Shown here: in pieces, positions 23,830 through 35,034 of the stretch
Numbering within the stretch: position 1 is the stretch's first letter
Layout of the letters: every line of letters begins with the position of its first letter
From: Gracilinanus agilis
Lineage: Eukaryota
Length of the DNA: 64,000 bases
Assembly (NCBI RefSeq): GCF_016433145.1
Contig: NC_058135.1
Span: 205,306,844 to 205,370,843, forward strand
Direction: 5' to 3'
Notes under the pieces: generated by a model
Databases searched by the model: none
Told to the model about the DNA's origin: nothing
The model's input: only the letters and a program-made list of their open reading frames with translations
Made by a program: the position numbers and the translations under genes

Positions 23830-25290
23830 TCTGTGAAAGAACCAGAGGCAGAGAAAGTATTAGGGGGAAATTGTCTCACATAAAATAGGCATACAAGGAA
23901 GAATTTTTACAATGTAGGGTAAAGTTGTGGTGAAGAAGAGTAAGGAACACTTGAACTTCAGTTTCATCTGAATTGGCTCAAAGAAGGAAGAATATTTACA
24001 CAAACATACTTCTTGGTTGGGTAAGATACATCTTACCCCAAAAGGGAGTAGGAGGGAAAGAAATGGAGCTAAGAGACAGGGGTAGGATAATAAAAAGGAG
24101 AGTTGATTAAGGGAAGTAGTATTTGGAAATAAAGAAAAAGAACAAAAGAATGATAGAATGGAGATAGAAATCATAACTGTGAATGTGAATGAAATGAACT
24201 CACCTATAAAACAGAAAAAAATGGCAGACTGATTAAGAAACAAGAATCTAACAATATGTTGTTTATAAGAAACAGAAAGACACATAGAGTTAAAATAAGG
24301 GCAGAATCTATTATGCTTCAGTTGAAGAAAAAAGACAAAGTAAAAAACACAAATAAACCCTATTAAAAAGAGATAAGCAAGGAAACTACATATTGCTAAA
24401 AGGTACCATAGACTGAAATAATGTCATTATTAAGTGTATATATACCAAATGAATAACAATTTAAATCTTGACAAACAGATAAATGAGTTACAGGGTGAAA
24501 TAGAAAAAATATACTACTAGGAGATGTTAATTTACCCTTCTCAGAACTAGATAAATTTAACAATAAAATAAACAAGAAAGAAGTTAAAGAGATAAATAGA
24601 TTTTTTGTAAAAGTTAAATTATGATAGAACTCTGACGAATATTGAATGACTATAAAAACAAATATACCTTTTTATCATCTATAGGAGGCACATTCACAAA
24701 AAAATTAGCTAGTATTAGGGCAGAAAAGTCTCACAAATATAAAAAAGCCTAAGTAATGAATGTACTTTTTTAACAGAAGAAAATAAAAATTCATTCAATA
24801 AATAATTTTTAAAGTGTAGATTAAAAATTAATTGGAAACTAAATAATTTAATTCTAAAAAAATGGGTGGGTCAAAGGGCAAATTGTAGAAAAAATTACAA
24901 TTTCATTAAATATGAGATAATATATCAAATGTAGGGGATGCAGTCAAAGCAATACATAGGAGGAAATTTATATATTTAAAATCTTAAATTTATAAGTAAA
25001 GAGTATATCAAAAATATGAAACCTAAAGATAAAAGGAGAAATTAACAAAATTAAAAGTTTAAAAATTGAAATAATAAATAAAACTAGGAGCTAATTTCAT
25101 GGGAAAAGTGATTAATTTTACTTTATAAAGAAGAAAACCATGTTAGCAGTATCAAAAATTAAAAAGGCAAAATCACAACCAATGAATCTGAAATTTAAGG
25201 AATTATTAGGAGCTATTTTGCCTATGTCAATAAATCTTAAAATCTAAATAAAATAGGCATTTTAATTATTAAAATATAAATTTCTTAGAC
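23830..25290 (+). mobile_element. Old L1 inter-ORF region and ORF2 endonuclease, heavily disrupted
   Basis: cataactgtgaatgtgaatgaaatgaactcacctataaaacag (EN start) followed by about 1.1 kb of A-rich ORF2 with many stops. Confidence 0.9.
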
Positions 25291-25589
25291 TAACAGAAGC
25301 TCACTCCTGTAGTATCCTTTCTATATTATATCTCAATAAACCTCCTTTTTCTAATTGTTGAATAAACCACAAGTGTCCCATTTGTTCCAGTATCAATATT
25401 AAACTAACAAAGGGACTAGCATCAGTTAGGTTCACCCCCAAAAGGCATGTTGTATTTGAGGTAATAGTGAGTCAACAAAGTGAAGATATTCTGAGTGAAA
25501 TTGAGATATAATTCCAAATCTCATTAATATTGGAATTTATTTAGAAGTTATTCATAAAGATAATCAGGGGAATCATTTATTTGATTATA

Positions 25590-25960
25590 ATTTAATTTTT
25601 CATTTAAGTTTTTATTTTCTCTTTCTCCCCAACCGCCTTCCAAAATCTGTTTCATTCTGAATCTTGACTCTATTACCTCTCTGTCAGGAGGTGGGTACCA
25701 TTTATAATTATCTATTTTCTTGAATTATGGTTAGTCATTACATCAATCAGAGCTTTTATATCATTCAAAGTTGTTGGTCTTTGTATCACTGTTATTGCAT
25801 CATTGCATAAGTTTATTCAGATTTTCCTAGGTTTTTATGAACCTATCCCTTTCATCACTTTTTAACACATAATAATAATCCATTACATTCATATGCCATA
25901 ATCAGTTTAGTCATTTCTCATTTAATGGGCATTATTTTAGCTTCCAATTATTTGCTGAGT
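25590..25960 (-). mobile_element. Old L1 3' region
   Basis: ccattacattcatatgccataatcagtttagtcatttctcatttaatgggcat. Confidence 0.8.
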
Positions 25961-26469
25961 TCATTTTCCAATGAGGAAAATGTTTTTTTTTTAACAATCA
26001 GCCTTATTCACATCTCTTCTAATCCCCACACAACCATCTAATACAACTAACAGAAAAGAAGCAACAAAAATCTTAACAGGAGTAATAGCTACTATTTATG
26101 CAGGACTTTAAAAACAGTTTGTAAACACAGTTGACAAAGCTCTCGATGTGGAGTCAAGAATGCTTGAGTTCAAATTCTGCCGTGTAATCTGTAGTCTTTT
26201 GAATTTCTTCATCTTGAATAAATAAATAAATAAAATAACACACTAGAAATGAAGAAAATGGAAAGACTCTTGAAGAATTTTTAAAAAAACTTTTTTCTCT
26301 GTTAAGAACGGTGGAGCCACCACATTTGGATTGTAACATCATAGTCCTAGTTTTGCTTATGCAGTAGGCAAAAATGACATCAGTGAGAAGGAAGAAAGGA
26401 AAAACAGCTGGATTCAATCAAGTATATATAGAGATCTGTGATTTTCTGCCCCAAAGAAATACCAAATAC

Positions 26470-26830
26470 TCTGGCTGTCTCTCACACATGCCACTCCATC
26501 TCCCATCTCTATACCTTTGTCCTGACTAGTCTCCTTACTTGGAATATCCTTTTGCAATCATTACTTTCTTCCAAGGTAGAGATCATCAGCTTTTACCAAG
26601 ACTCAATTTAAATACCACTTTATGCAGTAGCTTTTCTTGATCCCTCAGCTACAAAAGCCTGCTTTTCTAAGAGTATTTACATCTATTTTTTGTATCTTTA
26701 TTTACTTATATATGTATATATTATTTCTCCCATTAGAATGTAATCTCTTTGAGGGAAGGTACTAGTTTTTTTTTCCCTCTTAACACAGTGCCTGACACAT
26801 ACAAAACATCCAATAAATGCCTTTTGTTTG
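26470..26830 (+). mobile_element. L2 3' end
   Basis: cccattagaatgtaatctctttgaggg...cacagtgcctgacacata...caataaatgc. Confidence 0.85.
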
Positions 26831-27105
26831 ACTGATAGGTCATTGATTCTAATAAATTCTCCTAACCTCAGCAACCTTCATCTTTTTCCAATAATAAATA
26901 TTTTTAACCTGGATTATCAAAGGCCAGTGTCCAGGGATGAAATGTGTGTATTGATTATTCCCATTTCTGATGAGAAAATGAAAGATGTTTAGCTGAGAGT
27001 TTATGCTCTCTAACACATTGTTAGGATCAGTACATTTAAAAGAACCTTCCTACTTATATAGCAAGATGACAATTTCCCTTAGACAGGAGTTGTTCCTTCA
27101 CTCTG

Positions 27106-27128
27106 TGACATCATGTTTCCATGGTAAC
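27106..27128. promoter_or_regulatory. CRE-like site plus strict RFX X-box
   Basis: TGACATCA (27106-27113) immediately followed by GTTTCCATGGTAAC (27115-27128), in non-repeat DNA. Confidence 0.5.
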
Positions 27129-27426
27129 ACTTGGCAGCTTTTCATATAGGACTTCTAAGTTTCAAATGGCCTTTAAAGGGTTTTTATTTTGAATTTTACA
27201 GGGTCTTTTAGGAAACGAAGGTTTTCTCCTTTATCTGCTCTATGATGTTAAAGATTGAGGATACACAGATCTTCTTTAAAAGAGGACTCTCCCCTGAATA
27301 CCATAATCACTAATAGCTCTGATACTCTTATTTTCTAAAAAATCTTGACTGTAAACCAAGCTTTTCCCATGTGAGACATAAAATGGATCAGTTCTTAGAA
27401 GATCCCTTGCAAGTTAACAGGTGTCA

Positions 27427-27440
27427 TCTGTCATGGTAAC
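27427..27440. promoter_or_regulatory. Second, partial RFX X-box
   Basis: TCTGTCATGGTAAC shares CATGGTAAC with the 27115 site. Confidence 0.25.
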
Positions 27441-27569
27441 TTATGACGAAATGACTGTCCTTCACTTGGTCCAAGAAAGATGCTCTCAGGAAGTTTCAAC
27501 AACATGTTGAAAAGGTAATGAATCCTTCAAAATTCTGACTCAAAGTCAGCAAACATTAAATCGATACCT

Positions 27570-27740
27570 ATGGCTGTACTATGCTATAGAACTATGAATA
27601 AAAAGATGAATAGATGGATGGCTGGAGAGAAACACATTTATTAAATTTCAAGCAATGTACTATTACAGATACAAATACTAAAATGAAACAATCCCTGCCC
27701 TAATATTAAAATTGCATTCTTATAGTAGGAGCCAATGCAT
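27570..27740 (-). mobile_element. L2 3' tail
   Basis: aacacattttattaaatttc...aaacaatccctgccctaat. Confidence 0.6.
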
Positions 27741-28649
27741 TTAACGGAGTATTCAGAGAAGGTGAATGAGTGTAAACTCACCTAATCCACTATATCTAGC
27801 CAGCCCTAGACCATGTTTCATATCCCATCTAGCTACATATTCTAAGAATATTGACATTTGTTCAGTTATCACAAATGTAATCCTCCTAGAAAGCAAGTAG
27901 ACTATCCTTTGACTTCCCAGACTAAAATTCCCTTGAAGTTTTTTGATTATAAGTCTAGGCCCTTCTTCGGGCTTATATCATAGGACCCTATAGCTTCTCA
28001 GAGCTTCCCTGCTGGGCTGATTACAACATCTTGACTGGAGTCCTAGGCTCCAAGGTCCCCATGGCTTCAATTTTCAGGTCAGGGATTCCACCCCTCTGAA
28101 ACTAGAATTGAAAAAGACAAATGCAATGTGATAAAAACCCAAAGTTTGTTTCTTGGGAACTCAAGGCCTAAGGAGGGGACAAGGTGGTCACTGGGCCCTT
28201 CCCTATATACTGCATGGTACCACTCTATTAATGAAAGGATCCTTCACTTTTGGATGCTTCTAGAAGAGAGAAATGGACTCTGTCCAGCCTGATAAATTGA
28301 AAAAATGAAGACAGTTCCAATTATATAGCCAACAAAAAGAAGTTGCTCCCACACACATGGTAGGCTAACACAGAATATCCATGCCTGTATTAATCCTCTT
28401 GTTTACCAAAAGGATGTCACTGACATCTCTCACATGAATGTTTCTAAGTATCTCATGTGATCTAGGCATATCCCAAATATTTGTAATACTTCTAATTAAT
28501 ACTTATTGGTTGATTGCTACAAAGGACTTTAATTATCTCTGCATCTGCTATTGTTCTCTGCCAAAAAAGAGAGCATAATTCTTTGATTTACCTTAATTAT
28601 AACTAAACTCACCAAGAAGTATAGGAACCAACAACAGGAAATTCTATTC

Positions 28650-29525
28650 TGAATATTATTTAAGAAGTATAAGAAAGTCCTTGCTGGAGAACAGGAAATT
28701 TAGAATGGATACCTTGGGGAGAAACAAATAATCCATCTTTGAATTTATGACAAAAAGAAGAAAACTGGGCATAGCCTAGCATGTACCTCAAATTTTAGAA
28801 AAGTGAATTTTAGAAGAGCTGGTAAAAAAAAAAAAGATTGATAGGATGCTGTGGTCAAAGATTCTACCAGAAAAAGTCAGCCTAGGAGAATAGATTTTTA
28901 AGAATTAAATTCTGATGGCATAGAAACAGATTCACTGAGAAGAAAATGAGGGGAATTGCCAAAAGAAAACTGTGAGGAAGTATTGGTAACTCAATAACCG
29001 ACTTAGATTTGTTAAAAATGAATATGAAGGAGGAATCAAGTATAACTATTATAAGATTTACATGAAAGCATAGCACATCCTTGTAAAAATAGTGTCAGAA
29101 TTGCTAACACAAAAAATAAGTTAAAAGGAATATGGAAATTTAGGAATAAGAAAACTGATTTTTTGGTTTGGCTTGGTCTTTGTTTCTAACCTGCACTGGG
29201 AAAAACTCAAGAAAGGACAGGACTTTTGCTCAGATTAGATGGAATAATGAGAACAGAGGAAAGGAAGAAGTCAAAATTCCTCATGTCTTATTTAGTATGC
29301 TATCTTTATCAAGGAAAATGTTAAGTGGACTAGAAGTATAAAATAAAATTTGCCAAAAGAGAGGTGATACCCAAGAAAGATAAGGAGAATCCAGAGAAAA
29401 ATTTGTTGTCATTAATGAATTCTACTCTAGCTCCAGACAAAATATCCCACAGTCCTAATAAAACTGACAGGTGTCATTGCTGAGCCATTGGCAGTGATTT
29501 TTGTAAGATAATAAAGAATGGAAAA
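28650..29525 (+). mobile_element. CR1/L3 ORF2 remnant
   Basis: gtcctaataaaactgacaggtgtcattgctgagccattggcagtgatttttgtaaga reads VLIKLTGVIAEPLAVIFVR, compared with the CR1 motif VLKELADVIAEPLSIIFER. Confidence 0.8.
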
Positions 29526-29676
29526 TACAGGTGACATAGCAAATAGAGCACCAAGTATGTAGATCAGGAAGACTTGAGTTGAAATTCAGCCTCATATACT
29601 CCATAGCTGTGTGACTCCAGGCAAGTAACTTACCCCTATTTGCTTTAATTATCTCCTCTGTAAAATGATCAGAAGA

Positions 29677-29990
29677 TGTGACCCTGGGCAAGTCACTTAC
29701 CACTCTTCTGCCTTGAAACCAATATACCAGGGGTCGGCAACCTTTTTGGCCGTGAGAACCATAAACGCCACATTTTTTAAAATGTAATTTCGTGAGAGCC
29801 ATACAGTGCTCACAGTGTGCGCTCCTATAACAGCGCCTGAAAAAAAATTGACTTTATGGCTCCTGCAGAAAGAGCCATATCTGGCCCTCAAAAGAGCCAG
29901 ATATGGCTCGAGACCCATACATTGCCAACCCCTGCAATATACAGTATTGATTCTAAGATGGAAGGTAAGAGGTTGGTTGTTTTTTTTTTT
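29677..29990 (+). mobile_element. 5'-truncated SINE1_Mdo-type SINE split by a MITE
   Basis: gtgaccctgggcaagtcacttaccactcttctgccttgaaaccaatatac|...|agtattgattctaagatggaaggtaag. Confidence 0.85.
29728..29934. mobile_element. Non-autonomous hAT (Charlie-type) MITE, 207 bp, probably OposCharlie1 (OC1)-related
   Basis: 13-bp TIRs CAGGGGTCGGCAA / TTGCCAACCCCTG (1 mismatch); perfect 8-bp TSD caatatac at 29720-29727 and 29935-29942; 7 CpGs retained. Confidence 0.93.
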
Positions 29991-30179
29991 AATGACCTGG
30001 AGAAAGAAATGACAGATCACTTCAGCATCTTTGCCAAGAAAACATCAAATGGGTTCATGAAGAGTCAGACACAACTGAAACAACTAATCAACAAGAAGGG
30101 AAGGGGAAAATTTGTAGAAGACTGCAGAAGGGCAAATGTCCAATTTTGACACAAGAAAAGAACACAGAGTTTACAAACA

Positions 30180-30570
30180 ATAGGCCAAGAGACTTGACTT
30201 TGATCCCTGGAATAATTGCCAGGATGGTATAGGGTAGCAAATGACAAAATCAGGATTTGAACTCAGACTCTCTGAATCTAGATTCAACATTTTTTCCATT
30301 GATCTACACTGCTTCTATGACATTTCTGTTCAGTTGATCCTTTCCAAGAGCGTACTTCAATCTCAACATCATAGAAGTATAAATGGAAGGTTGGGAGGGT
30401 CTATAGAGGCCATTTAGACAAATGCTCTCCCCTCCATCTTCTACAATTTTATAGCTGAGGAAATGGGCTAGGAGAATAAGTGATTTGCCCAAGGTCACAT
30501 AAATAGTCGATATTAGAGGTGGGATTTGAACCCAGGTCCTTCATCTCCAGAGTCAATGAACTTTCCCATG
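30180..30570 (-). mobile_element. Two adjacent core SINE fragments
   Basis: ggatttgaactcagactc (30250-30270); gtgatttgcccaaggtcaca...ggatttgaacccaggtcc. Confidence 0.75.
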
Positions 30571-31231
30571 CATCAGAGCCAATCTTTTTCTCATGTCATT
30601 CTTGAAATTACTTTGCCCTTCTCCTAATGTATTCCTCTCAGTCACAATCTCTACTTAGATCCAAAGCCTGGTCCCTATGTGGCACAGTTATATCAAAAAG
30701 CAGCAACTTCACAAGCCTTAATAGACTTTTATTGTTTATTTATGCTCTCCAGGCTCCAAGGCACCTCAAAATGCTTGAGTTTGTCTGGCCATTTAAGCAG
30801 TTTTCCCTCACCTGGGTTACACAACCTAGGAATGCCCTCTATGATGCCAGGAGAAATGATTTAGAATATCAGACGGAGGTCAGTGGAGGGAAGATGGTGG
30901 GGACTTCTTAAATACAAAAGGCAGGTTAGTAGTAAGAGCCTGCTGAGATGTGATACTATTTTAAAAAAAAAATTTATATTAAGCAATCAGAAAAAAAGAA
31001 ATAAGAAACAAACATATGTATACTTTTAAGTTCGAAATAGGTTGATAGATTGAATACTGGACTTTTATTTAGCAATAATCAATCAATCAACAAATATTCA
31101 TTAAATGCCTGAACCAGATGTTAGGAATATGAAGATAAAATGAAAGTTCTTAAGGAGCTTACATTTCCTTGAAAGACCTAGGTTCAAATCCTGCCTCTAT
31201 CTATAACATACAACAGCTGTGTGACCATGTT

Positions 31232-31485
31232 CCTATTGTTCAATCATTTCAGTTATGTTAGACTGTTTGTGACCCCATTTAAGGTTTTCTTGACAGAGAC
31301 ACTGGAGTGGTTTAACATTTCCTTCTCCAGCTCATTTTGCAAATAAAGAAACTGAGGGAAATGGGGCTAAATGACTTTCCCAGAGACATACACCTAAAAT
31401 GTGTCTGAGAACAGATTTGAAGTCAGGAAACTGAGTCTTCTGACACCAGACCTGGTGCTTTAGTCATTATGCCACCAAGCTGCCC
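31232..31485 (-). mobile_element. Full-length MAR1-type SINE inside another core SINE
   Basis: Complete reverse head and tail; TSD tgaccat at 31222-31228 and 31491-31497. Confidence 0.88.
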
Positions 31486-31739
31486 ATTTTTGACCATAGC
31501 CTAATCATTTAAACTTTCTAAGTCTCAGACACCTCTCTGAGCTAATCTCATCAATATATATTCTATGTTAACAGAGGGCCTTCACAAAAAAAAAAAGGAA
31601 TAATTGACATAAAAATGTATACAATAACAAAAGAATTAACAAAGATGCATTATTTGTTTCCATGTCTCCTCTGGATCAATGCAGTTGTTCCCTACCCCAC
31701 CTCCATCTTTCATAGTTTAGGTTACTCTTTTTAGAGGAT

Positions 31740-31967
31740 GAAAAGGTCCAGACCTGTGATTTTATCAGGTGAGGAAACTTCTAGTGTGGCAACTCCTTCC
31801 ATTGATACAGATAATCAATTCCTAGAGTCTCAGAAAGTTAATAATTGCAGTGTTAGCAAGTTAAGTGACTTGCCCTTGGGCATGGAGATAACATTGATTA
31901 AAGCAAGAATCAAACCCAGAACTTCTGAAACCAAAACTGGCTCTCTATCCATTACACCATATTGCCT
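31740..31967 (-). mobile_element. Marsupial core SINE
   Basis: gacctgtgattttatc...aactccttccattgatacaga...aagtgacttgccc...caaacccagaacttc. Confidence 0.75.
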
Positions 31968-33038
31968 GGGTTTGTTCATATAACTTCTTTTTTTCATTTT
32001 GAGATGTATGGAATTCCAATGATTGGAAATGCCTGAAAAGGTTGGTATATAGAAAAACATTGGAATATCCTTGTATCATCAAATCAAAGAAGATTATATT
32101 TATAAATTACTTAGTACAGTGCCTGGCACATAGTAGGTGCTTAATAAATGCTTATTCCCATACAAAATAACAAGTATAAAGACTAGTGAAATATAGGAAG
32201 CCATATAAAGTGACATAAGGCAAAAAAAATAAAAAATTATTGTGTTATTCTAGAGACTGTAAGATAGAAAATAGCATAAGAGATACTGCTGATTTATAAA
32301 GAATCCCAAGGCATAATTATCAAATCACAAATGTTAATACTCATGATTTATCTTGGTGGAATGTTGTTTGGTTTTTTTTCCCCTTTTCAACCATGGTTCC
32401 TTTATATTTATCCCAGGAACAGCAAGTGCAAACCTGAGTGTAATTAGGAATGCACACAGAGACATTTTATTAGTCCTCATCCATATTCCTCACAGCAATT
32501 AACATGACTCAGCTCTAAATTTGCAGGGCTTGCCACATAATCTAGTAAACACTCTTTTTAATGAGCAGACACCCCCAGAGAGACTTCAGAAACCTTTTTT
32601 TTTAAATTTTTATTTATCACATGGCATTTCTTATACGACAAAACAAAATTATGAGTCTGTTTACAAAGTACAAGGGATTATAGAATTTTAAAACTTGAAG
32701 GATCTTAGGAAAGGTCTCACTTTCTCTATCATTTTAAATGTAAGGAAACTGAGGTCTAAAAAGATAAAGGACTTGCCTGAAGTTACCTAGCATGCCAATT
32801 CAAGAACCAGGGGTAAAACCTAGATCTTCCAATACAGTGTTCTTTCTTTTACAACACAAGAATAAAAATAAGGAAAATCCTTGCACAGGGTATTTTCATA
32901 TTAAATATTGGTCTAGGAATTGGGAAATCTGCTTTCTATTTAACTCCCTGCCCACATTTCCATGACCTTGGGCAAGTCAATCCCTGACTGGGACTATTTT
33001 CATTTTTGTGTCAGAAAAATGCAAAGTATAGACTAGTT

Positions 33039-33212
33039 TAGTGGTCTCAAACTCAAGTAGAAAAACATATTGACTTAGAAAATCACAAATTAATATTACC
33101 TATGTTACGTTATATTTTTATTTATTTTGTTAAACATTTCCAAATTACATTTTAATTTGCTATTGGCCACACTCATGAGGTATACCAATCCCTTGCATGG
33201 ATGACACCTCTG
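33039..33212. mobile_element. Older hAT-Charlie-type MITE inserted in a MIR
   Basis: Degenerate TIRs tagtggtctcaaac / atgacacctctg; 8-bp flanks gactagtt (33031-33038) vs gattagat (33213-33220), 6/8 identical. Confidence 0.7.
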
Positions 33213-33239
33213 GATTAGATTATCTTCTAATGTCCTTTC

Positions 33240-33430
33240 TAGAATTCATACTGTGGTATTATGGTCAGAGTTGGTTGAAGATACATTGGAGGTCATCAGA
33301 TCCAACTCTTTCAATTCACAGATAAGAAAACCGAGGTCCAAGGAAGCTGAATAATTTCTCCATGGTCATACAGATAGTAAGTGTCAAAGTTCACATTTGA
33401 ATTCAGATCCTCTGTTGCTAACCTATAGTT
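33240..33430 (-). mobile_element. MIR core SINE
   Basis: ggtcatcagatccaactc...cagataagaaaaccgaggtcc...atttgaattcagatcctctg. Confidence 0.8.
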
Positions 33431-33639
33431 ACATATGCTTTTATCTAACAGAGGTGGTCTAAAAAGGAGAGAAAATAAACAATTATCCAATTCTTTTACC
33501 CAGGATATATTATTAAATTTGCCACTCCATAGCCGTATAATACTTTCTGCTGTCAATTTTTTGTGTATCCTCCTTGTCCTCCTTCATCCCTCTGAAATCT
33601 AACATCTTATGAATGGGGGAGGGTTGTTTTCCCCACATG

Positions 33640-33820
33640 CAGAATTTCATAGCTGGTGGTGGCTTCAAAGGTCATTAAGTCCAACTCATAGTACAATGAA
33701 AATCCCCAAAGTGGTCAACCAGCCTTGACTAGAAAATTATTTAATTGAGAATCCATTATCATCTAAGATAGCTCATTCCACTTTGGGACATCTCAGATCA
33801 TTAGGATATCTTTTTCTTAA
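33640..33820 (-). mobile_element. CR1/L3 3' end
   Basis: aaggtcattaagtccaactc...gctcattccactttgggacatctcag. Confidence 0.65.
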
Positions 33821-34141
33821 ATCAGAATCAGAATTGCAGCACAGTATGATGGGCATAATATTGAATTTGGAAGCAGGAAGACCTGGATCCAAATACTGCT
33901 TCTGACACTATCTAATGTGACTATTGGCAGGTCAGAAAACCAAAGAGGTAAAAAGAAACCTATAATAATATGTTGAGTGCTTACCAGTAAGTTATCAGAG
34001 CAAACCTAGATGAATAGAAACTTTTTCCCTAAGTAATGTAAGAAAGATACTGTCAAGTTTCCATGCTTAAAGTTAATTTTTCATTTTACCAAAGAGAACG
34101 AGGGCAATCAAAATGTCAACCAAGATTTCAGTTTGATTTAC

Positions 34142-34267
34142 CTCATTTCTTTAAGAAGCTCTTAGTCATCTTGCAGGTAATTTTAGAGAGTTCTAATGGG
34201 CTTTTGATGTCTGAAACTTTCCATTTCTGTTGGTGGCTATTTATGCATTGAGACTGTGCTGGGTCAC
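34142..34267 (-). other. Candidate exon A (126 nt; unverified)
   Basis: TGAC branch-like motif, cttcttaaatcgccttttcctgtttcctAG| acceptor and ATGAG|GTAAAT donor. All three frames contain a stop, so it looks UTR-like with a terminal ATG. Confidence 0.35.
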
Positions 34268-34276
34268 CTAGGAAAC
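34263..34276. promoter_or_regulatory. Strict RFX X-box
   Basis: GTCACCTAGGAAAC. Confidence 0.4.
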
Positions 34277-34769
34277 AGGAAAAGGCGATTTAAGAAGTCA
34301 TGAAAGAATCTTTGGCCAAAATGATTTTCACAGGGAAACAGCTAAAGCGGATGAGGTATCCCCATACAGAGCTAGCCATTTCCAGGTCTGCCATTGGAGC
34401 AGTTCCAAATTAATTCCCAAATTCAATTAGGGAGAGGCAATGTTTCTAGGTTTAGAAGTCATTCTTTTCCTGAGCCAGCAAATTTCTGGATTCTTTACTA
34501 CCATTTACCTTTAGAAACATTTCCCTCATTGCAGTAGTGAAACTTTTTTTAACATAAAAAAGATATTAATGTTTCCTGAGATGTATGCCTATATTCAGGG
34601 GAAAATGGTAGGAAGTCCTGGAGTGCAATTTGACTCTGTACTTTGTACTTCTCAATTACAGTGATTTATTCCTTTCTGAACAAAATGATAATGGGAAACT
34701 AGGGTCTATCACTACTAGTTTGCCAGATGATTGTCTCTCTGTAACTTCATGTTCTTTGTTTATAACATG

Positions 34770-34940
34770 AAAATTTGATAAGTATAACATCTTGGACAGA
34801 AGTTGAAAAGTCATCAGCATAAGCACAAGATGAGAAGTCTGGGTGAGATGGCAGTTCTATGAAAAACATGTGGTGGATTTCATGTGCTATATCTCAACAT
34901 GACTCACCAATGTAATTCAATTTTAAGAAAAGCCTTTAAT
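34770..34940 (+). mobile_element. CR1/L3 RT-region remnant
   Basis: agcacaagatgagaagtctggg...gcagttctatgaaaaac...ctcaacatgactcaccaatg. Confidence 0.65.
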
Positions 34941-35034
34941 GTATCATCTTCTCATTCCTGTGGGTCATCTCTTCCCCAGCAAAGATCTCAATCCAGACAT
35001 ACTTTATCTTCTATAATTCTTATCCATGTCTTTC

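Larger units (their letters stand above)
29530..30093 (+). mobile_element. MAR1-type SINE hosting nested insertions
   Basis: Head and core 29530-29668 (ends ctgtaaaatga); resumes near 29991 as aatgacctggagaaagaaatg...gagtcagacacaactgaaac. Confidence 0.85.

Noticed and set aside
23860-24285. Longest ORF in the track (141 aa, minus)
   Set aside because: Antisense to an A-rich L1 inter-ORF/EN segment; the F/L/S-rich composition reflects that.
29455-30149. Four overlapping ORFs of 68-115 aa
   Set aside because: They run across the L3/MAR1/SINE1/MITE junctions; no transposase similarity, and the MITE is too short to encode one.
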